DNA of 64,000 nt, taken from the IMG/VR virus record IMGVR_UViG_649989924_000003; one strand, given 5' to 3'. A program made the position numbers and the translations under genes. Shown here piece after piece: positions 59,039 through 64,000 of this stretch. The stretch is from a virus (Duplodnaviria > Heunggongvirae > Uroviricota > Caudoviricetes). Below the pieces are notes generated by a model. It was not told the DNA's origin, ran no database searches, and saw nothing but the letters and a program-made list of their open reading frames with translations. The number at the start of each line of letters is the position of its first letter. Within the stretch, counting starts at the first letter, position 1.

Positions 59039-59265
59039 TCAAAACATGGTAAGATATTTCCTACAATTCTTAATGTAGAATCAATTTGATTGCCTTTATT
59101 ATCCTTAACAATAATATAAGATGCTGTACGTCCTGAAAATGCACCTCCTTCCTTGCATAACTCTTTAATAATCTCAATTTCATCACCTACTTTTAAGTCT
59201 TTAAAGAGTTTTGCTTGAGTTTTTCTGAGTATCTTCTTGATTTTAAACTTTCCTTTTAATTCCAT
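59017..59265 (-). CDS. Phage-like hypothetical protein
   Basis: FKDLKVGDEIEI; RBS. Confidence 0.55.
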   Translation of the reverse strand: MELKGKFKIKKILRKTQAKLFKDLKVGDEIEIIKELCKEGGAFSGRTASYIIVKDNKGNQIDSTLRIVGNILPCFEWEELKI

Positions 59266-59390
59266 CTTTTGTCTCTCCTTTTTTAAAAAACTTTAAATAA
59301 TCCACCTTTTCCTTCCCATAAAAAATTTTGTTTTTAATTCCACGGTCTCTTGTGGAGTTTTTATAGTATTTATTTGGTTTTGGCATAAAT

Positions 59391-59466
59391 CCTCCTTCTT
59401 ATCAAAAAAGCGTACCTCATCTGAGATACACTTTTTTCGTTTATATTTACTCTTTTATTCTATCAC
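59391..59466 (-). promoter_or_regulatory. Promoter-ACGA-terminator leader, copy 16
   Basis: TGATAGAAT-16 nt-ACGAA; 12-bp stem with G-U pairs; AGGAGG. Confidence 0.8.
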
Positions 59467-59479
59467 AGATTTTTTATTT

Positions 59480-60136
59480 CTACTCAAGATTAGAAAAATA
59501 ATGAATAGCATGTTCTGCTGCTTCTGGATACATCTCTAAATAATTTTCTACTTTATTCCATCGAAAACTTAGGCAGGCTCTCTCTTGAGATTCAATTGCA
59601 TCAAGAAGATAATTGTCAATCAACAAATATTCTTGCTTGTTTTCTATTTCTTCTAAGAATATTTTTTTATCAAATCCTATATCTAAATCACATTTAATAA
59701 CTAAAACTTTACCATTTGGTTTTAATGCCAATGGAATAATAATATTATTTAATGGACAATTTATAATTGAATTTCCCTCATCATTATGGTAGTTGTAAAT
59801 AGGTTGCCCTATCAAATCCATAGGTTTGCTATATTTTTCATAGTTGTCTATATCAGAAAGTCTTAGTTCATCAATATTCTTTTCAATTTCCTTCAAGTGA
59901 TTCCATTGTTTCATTGTTTTCTCTAATGAACCTGGAGACAATTTATTAGCGTTTTGTTCAAGATAAGCTGCCAAATCTTCATTAGATGTTATGACTCCTA
60001 ATGCCATTACACCTTTATCGTTCAGTTCATCATTACTTAACTCTACTTTTTCTGTAAAAATATCTTCTTTTCCTTCATATATATATAAACATTTTTTCAT
60101 TTTCTTTTCTCCTTCATTCTTATTTTTATAGCTCAA
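59480..60136 (-). CDS. Hypothetical protein
   Basis: ORF; probable start MKKCLY. Confidence 0.6.
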   Translation of the reverse strand: MSYKNKNEGEKKMKKCLYIYEGKEDIFTEKVELSNDELNDKGVMALGVITSNEDLAAYLEQNANKLSPGSLEKTMKQWNHLKEIEKNIDELRLSDIDNYEKYSKPMDLIGQPIYNYHNDEGNSIINCPLNNIIIPLALKPNGKVLVIKCDLDIGFDKKIFLEEIENKQEYLLIDNYLLDAIESQERACLSFRWNKVENYLEMYPEAAEHAIHYFSNLE

Positions 60137-60259
60137 ATGACCTCACTACTATTATAAAACAAACTCTCTCCACACTCTGCATAGCATTCATAATGGCATG
60201 TTGAACCAATTTTATCCTCATTAAGTGTTTTACTTTATTTTTCAAGCAAAATTTAAACT

Positions 60260-60547
60260 CTAAGAAACTGATGCTAATTCCTCTATCATTTCTTCTGTCC
60301 AAGCCCAACCTCTTCCATAGTTTTCTTTTTCATCTTCTTCCATGTTATAAATTTTACAATCTAAAATAGAAGTAACTCCTTTTATAGTCATGATTTTTCC
60401 TAGATATTTATCCATATCCTGATTCCAAGCTGAATTAATTATATCTTCTTCCAAGGCATCTTCTTTTGCTTCTTTCTTTATGATTCTTACTTTATCTCCA
60501 ATTTTATATTTCATAATCTTTCTCTCCTTAAGCTTTATATTTTTCAA
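60260..60547 (-). CDS. Phage-like SH3/KOW-type protein
   Basis: MKYKIGDKVRI...WAWTEEMIE. Confidence 0.6.
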   Translation of the reverse strand: MKNIKLKERKIMKYKIGDKVRIIKKEAKEDALEEDIINSAWNQDMDKYLGKIMTIKGVTSILDCKIYNMEEDEKENYGRGWAWTEEMIEELASVS

Positions 60548-60561
60548 TTTTAATGGCTTTT

Positions 60562-60927
60562 TTAATAGACTTCATCACCAATAATGACATCGACGTCTGA
60601 AGCTAAAACACTAATTTTCATATCGACAATTTCATTTATAAGACTCAAAATATTATCATGAATTTTATATCCAAAAACTTCACTTGTTTTTGGCCAAGAA
60701 AAAGCATTAACAAGACTTCTCAGATTCTCATTATGAAAATCTTTTTGAAATTTTGCTTTAATAGCTGGAATCTCTGATTCATAGTCAGCAAAACATTCTG
60801 CCAATTGTCTAAGAATATCTTCTTTAAAGACTCTTCCAGTTATAAAATTATAAATGCTCTCATCTACTAAGAAATATGCATTTTCACACGCTGTAATAAA
60901 ATGTGCTCCAATAATATATTTTTTCAT
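60562..60927 (-). CDS. Hypothetical protein
   Basis: ORF with RBS. Confidence 0.55.
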   Translation of the reverse strand: MKKYIIGAHFITACENAYFLVDESIYNFITGRVFKEDILRQLAECFADYESEIPAIKAKFQKDFHNENLRSLVNAFSWPKTSEVFGYKIHDNILSLINEIVDMKISVLASDVDVIIGDEVY

Positions 60928-60930
60928 CTT

Positions 60931-61080
60931 TTAATCCCTTCTTTCACATTTTTCTGTTTCATCAAGAATTGCATTAGCCACTAGATTAGCTGTTTTTCTA
61001 TCACAGCCAGTAATGTTCATAATTATAAATTCACATTTTGTCATTAATGGCAAATCTTTAAAATTTAGTTCTTTTTTCAT
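60931..61080 (-). CDS. Small hypothetical protein (49 aa; not in the ORF track)
   Basis: MKKELNFKDLPLMTKCEF...; GGAGG upstream. Confidence 0.4.
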   Translation of the reverse strand: MKKELNFKDLPLMTKCEFIIMNITGCDRKTANLVANAILDETEKCERRD

Positions 61081-61095
61081 ACTTATAAAATCCTC

Positions 61096-61314
61096 CTAAA
61101 TTTCAATAATTCTAAGACTTTTCATTGCTGTTTTGTACTTTAAGCCTTGATATCCCTTTTTGATTTCATTTTTAAGACATTTTTTAGCCTCTGTCTTTTT
61201 TGTAGATTCTAAAATCCCTGTAATTGTACCTTCAACTTCTGGCGTAAATGTGTAAATAAATTGTTTCATTCTTATCACCAAATTTCCTTTCTGTTTTATT
61301 TTTCTCCTCAACAA
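61096..61314 (-). CDS. Hypothetical protein
   Basis: ORF; probable start MKQFIY. Confidence 0.5.
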   Translation of the reverse strand: MLRRKIKQKGNLVIRMKQFIYTFTPEVEGTITGILESTKKTEAKKCLKNEIKKGYQGLKYKTAMKSLRIIEI

Positions 61315-61378
61315 AAAAACTATTTTCTCTTTAGAAAATAGTCTCTTCTTCGGTTAATATACATTTATATTATATCAT
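61303..61378 (-). promoter_or_regulatory. Promoter-ACGA-terminator leader, copy 17 (CCGAA variant)
   Basis: TGATATAAT-15 nt-CCGAA-ACTATTTTC/GAAAATAGT-T-run. Confidence 0.75.
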
Positions 61379-61418
61379 ATATCTAAAGCCATGTACGCTC
61401 TTGTGTCATTATAGAAAA

Positions 61419-62258
61419 CTATTTATATGGATTTTGTGACACTGTGACTTCACACATATCCGTCAACTTCCCCATAGCTGCAGTAATTGTTGCACGGCCT
61501 GCCTTTCTTGCTATTAATCTTCCCCTTGAATCTATAGAGACAATATCTTCATCAGATGAAGAATATTCTATCTTTTCTGCTTTTCCTTTAACTTCTGGAC
61601 GAAATGTTGTTGTTGCTGTCTCCAATACATGTAGTTTATGAAGTCTTAAGTTTAATTCCTTTGCTTTTACCCTTACCTGATATTCTTTTCTGCTTTCGTT
61701 TTGATATATATCTTTTGCTATAATCAATAATTGATATATACCTGCGTTGTCATAATCGATATTGTTTTCATCTAATTTCAATTCTGATTCAGATAAATCT
61801 TGACTGATAAACATACCCTCATAGTTGATTTTTTCTCCTTCATAGGACTCTATTTCATCTTGATAATAGGAAATAATTTCTGGAGCAGTTGAATCTTTCA
61901 CGATAATCTTAAAAGATATCTTATCTTCAGTATCATATTGTATTGTTGCATTATATTCTCCTACTGGAGGATAACCATTTTCCTCATCTAAGGATATATT
62001 CAACTTTAATTTGGTCTTTTTTAAGGGTGGTCCTTTTTTCTTTTCTTTATATTCATTAATCTTTACATAATCCAGTGGATTCTGAGAAATAGGGTGTCCA
62101 TATTCTACCTCGAAAACATCTTTTTTTAGGACAAGCATTGGTTGACAGTTGTGATATCCTCTTATAATTATCATTACGAAAAGAAATAAAAATATTATCA
62201 ATATAAACAAAGATAAATATTTATGTTTTTTAATAGTCTGTATCATTTTTGTTTTCAT
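61419..62258 (-). CDS. Membrane-anchored protein with Ig-like (DUF5011/Big_2-type) domains
   Basis: N-terminal TM; VKDSTAPEI; YSSSDEDIVSID..G...A.KAGRATIT. Confidence 0.7.
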   Translation of the reverse strand: MKTKMIQTIKKHKYLSLFILIIFLFLFVMIIIRGYHNCQPMLVLKKDVFEVEYGHPISQNPLDYVKINEYKEKKKGPPLKKTKLKLNISLDEENGYPPVGEYNATIQYDTEDKISFKIIVKDSTAPEIISYYQDEIESYEGEKINYEGMFISQDLSESELKLDENNIDYDNAGIYQLLIIAKDIYQNESRKEYQVRVKAKELNLRLHKLHVLETATTTFRPEVKGKAEKIEYSSSDEDIVSIDSRGRLIARKAGRATITAAMGKLTDMCEVTVSQNPYK

Positions 62259-62401
62259 TATCCCTCCTTAAATATTTAATAATAAAAAGCCTATATCCTC
62301 ATCACTTCTGGATATAGACTAAAAACTTCTATGAAGATATTATATCATAATAGAGCTAGAATTGCTTATGATAGTTGTTGTTTGTAGTGAACTAAAACAT
62401 T

Positions 62402-63271
62402 CTATTTGTATTTTCCTTTCATAAGATGTACAGCAGTAATCCCACATGACGGATAATTTGAGCACACAATTACATCTCCATAGTTTGCCTTCATAGCACA
62501 TATTGAAGCACCACAAACAGGACATTTTTTTTGATAGTATTTAACAATTTCTGTTGGTTTTTTCATAGGAATATCAAGCATTTCTTCTAAGGTGATGGTT
62601 TTGCTTTCTTCTTTAATTTCCTCGTCTATTGGTTTGTTTAAAATGTCAGGTTGTACTGGTTGTACCTTCAGTAAACTTTTATTATACTCTTCTAAAACCA
62701 TATCTGTTATTTGTTCTGATATCTTTTCAAGAACTTTTTCTTTTGTTGTGAATATATCTTGAATATTTTTTGTTTTTGCTAAATCTATAACTAATATATC
62801 CTTATTAATATGTTTATTTTTATCCTTGAAGACTAGTTTAATCTTATATTCTTTATCCTTAATATAAATTGAAAAAGTTTTATTTTCCTTATTTACATTA
62901 CAGATTTTCATACAAGTTTTGGAATCAGTTATAGACTCTTTTTTTATTCTATCTGTTATATTTGGTAAAATGGTGAAAAACCTTATGTCATCCTGCATTA
63001 TTTCCAGACCCTCTACAACCCCTAATTCTTCCAATATATACCATGCAAGTTCAAGAATTTGCTCATTAGTCTCAAAATGACAGTGGTTATAGCTACTTTG
63101 ATGCCTAAAATAACTTCTTTCTTTTCCTTTAACTGCTTCTAAAGGACATTTACAGTAATCACAAATACAATTGCAATTTCTTTGAAATTCATTCTCTTTC
63201 AAATCACTTATAAATATATACTTATCACCTCTTCTACCATAGGCTATAGACTCTTTTTTCATTTCAATCAT
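62402..63271 (-). CDS. CoiA-like N-terminal zinc domain plus a C-terminal topoisomerase-type C4 zinc finger
   Basis: CDYCKCPL...YFRH; CPVCG...CSNYPSC. Confidence 0.6.
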   Translation of the reverse strand: MIEMKKESIAYGRRGDKYIFISDLKENEFQRNCNCICDYCKCPLEAVKGKERSYFRHQSSYNHCHFETNEQILELAWYILEELGVVEGLEIMQDDIRFFTILPNITDRIKKESITDSKTCMKICNVNKENKTFSIYIKDKEYKIKLVFKDKNKHINKDILVIDLAKTKNIQDIFTTKEKVLEKISEQITDMVLEEYNKSLLKVQPVQPDILNKPIDEEIKEESKTITLEEMLDIPMKKPTEIVKYYQKKCPVCGASICAMKANYGDVIVCSNYPSCGITAVHLMKGKYK

Positions 63272-63379
63272 CCTTTCAAACTTATTACCTTAATATAATC
63301 TTACATGAAAGCGCTTTTTTTATCAATATCCTAAGTGTAATAAAAAAAGACTCATTATGAGTCTTCGTTCGTAATCAGA

Positions 63380-63898
63380 TTAAAATAATAACTCACAATA
63401 AATTTCTTGTAATTCTCCTAAAGTCTTTTTATTCCTTAACAAATAAAGTTCTTCATCAATAAGGTTTTCTGTATTCAAATAATCTAAATTTAATCCCGCT
63501 AAATACACTAAGCCTAGACTAGGGATATACACATCCTCGACAACTTCTGATTGAATAATTGTCTTGTTGACAATATCAACAGGTATTTCTAGTGCTATAC
63601 CAGACATATTCTCACTGGAATAATCCAGAAATTCCTCAATATCTCCCTCATCTACCTCAATAGAAAACAGATAGATGTGTGGTGATGTTGAATGATTTAT
63701 AGCTGATGAGATTCTAGCACTGTCTATGGCTCTTCGTCTTGCATCCTGCTCATCTTCATACTTACTATCTGGCAATACATAATGAAAATAAACACTATCA
63801 TTATCAGATACGTACCATATCTTCTTTTCACATTTAAATCCCTCATCTAAAATTCTTAAACCATTCTCATAACTTGTTCCATGATAAACTCTTAACAT
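63380..63898 (-). CDS. Putative ADP-ribosyltransferase-fold protein
   Basis: N-terminal VYHGTS...ILDEGF typical of His-type ART folds. Confidence 0.45.
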   Translation of the reverse strand: MLRVYHGTSYENGLRILDEGFKCEKKIWYVSDNDSVYFHYVLPDSKYEDEQDARRRAIDSARISSAINHSTSPHIYLFSIEVDEGDIEEFLDYSSENMSGIALEIPVDIVNKTIIQSEVVEDVYIPSLGLVYLAGLNLDYLNTENLIDEELYLLRNKKTLGELQEIYCELLF

Positions 63899-63906
63899 TC
63901 CTTTCA

Positions 63907-63991
63907 CTCCTCCTCTTTTTGTAAGCAAAAAAAAGACATATCTGTTTGAGATATGTCTTCACTCGTATAAATTACATCTTTATTTTATCAT
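63907..63991 (-). promoter_or_regulatory. Promoter-ACGA-terminator leader, copy 18
   Basis: TGATAAAAT-15 nt-ACGAG-AGACATATC/GATATGTCT-T-run-GAGGAGG. Confidence 0.8.
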
Positions 63992-64000
63992 ATTATTTAT

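Noticed and set aside
883-62525. Short overlapping or antisense ORFs in the track (for example 883-1077, 3759-3947, 8417-8701, 10518-10820, 23924-24154, 31794-32039, 48758-49051, 58528-58740, 62340-62525)
   Set aside because: They lie inside longer, motif-supported genes or leaders and lack an RBS. Treated as shadow ORFs.
18631-63991. Repeated leaders interpreted as a CRISPR array or as integron attC sites
   Set aside because: The spacing is kilobases with whole genes in between, the sequence varies, and there are no cas genes. The hairpins have terminator T-runs and lack attC R/L boxes (GTTRRRY).
1-64000. Alternative genetic code (stop-codon reassignment) as a cause of broken genes
   Set aside because: Long ORFs are intact under code 11, all three stop codons are used at gene ends, and the breaks are frame changes rather than in-frame stops.

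Overview
A very AT-rich 64-kb piece of a large low-GC Bacillota mobile element (megaplasmid, ICE or phage-plasmid; host possibly Erysipelotrichales, which is inference only). No rRNA, tRNA, CRISPR array or virion structural genes were recognised. Bases 1-15.2 kb are mostly on the + strand: the 3' part of an intein-containing anaerobic ribonucleotide reductase (nrdD), a secreted-protein operon, an ADP-ribosyltransferase and a Tad/Flp pilus locus. Bases 15.2-64 kb are mostly a minus-strand array of short accessory genes (KAP NTPase, Fic, NADAR, primase, YopX, Phd/ParE TA, RadC-JAB, FtsL-like, ComEC-like MBL, DUF3990 and many hypotheticals), with a few + strand islands (NlpC/P60, DUF4258, tyrosine integrase). 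Two multi-copy systems stand out. (1) Seven dispersed paralogs of a proteasome-beta/HslV-like Ntn hydrolase. Each is preceded by a co-varying 5' hairpin-GGAG leader, and each has two in-frame start codons, predicting a blocked long isoform and a short isoform that exposes Ser/Thr1. (2) Eighteen copies of a compact leader in front of accessory genes: extended -10 promoter, fixed-distance ACGA(G) box, intrinsic terminator, RBS. This suggests a coordinated attenuation/antitermination switch and shufflable cassettes. Also seen: a probable type I TA locus and a four-copy palindromic operator. Several genes are broken by single-base frameshifts at homopolymer runs, which may be assembly errors. All family assignments come from motif recognition by eye, not from database searches.
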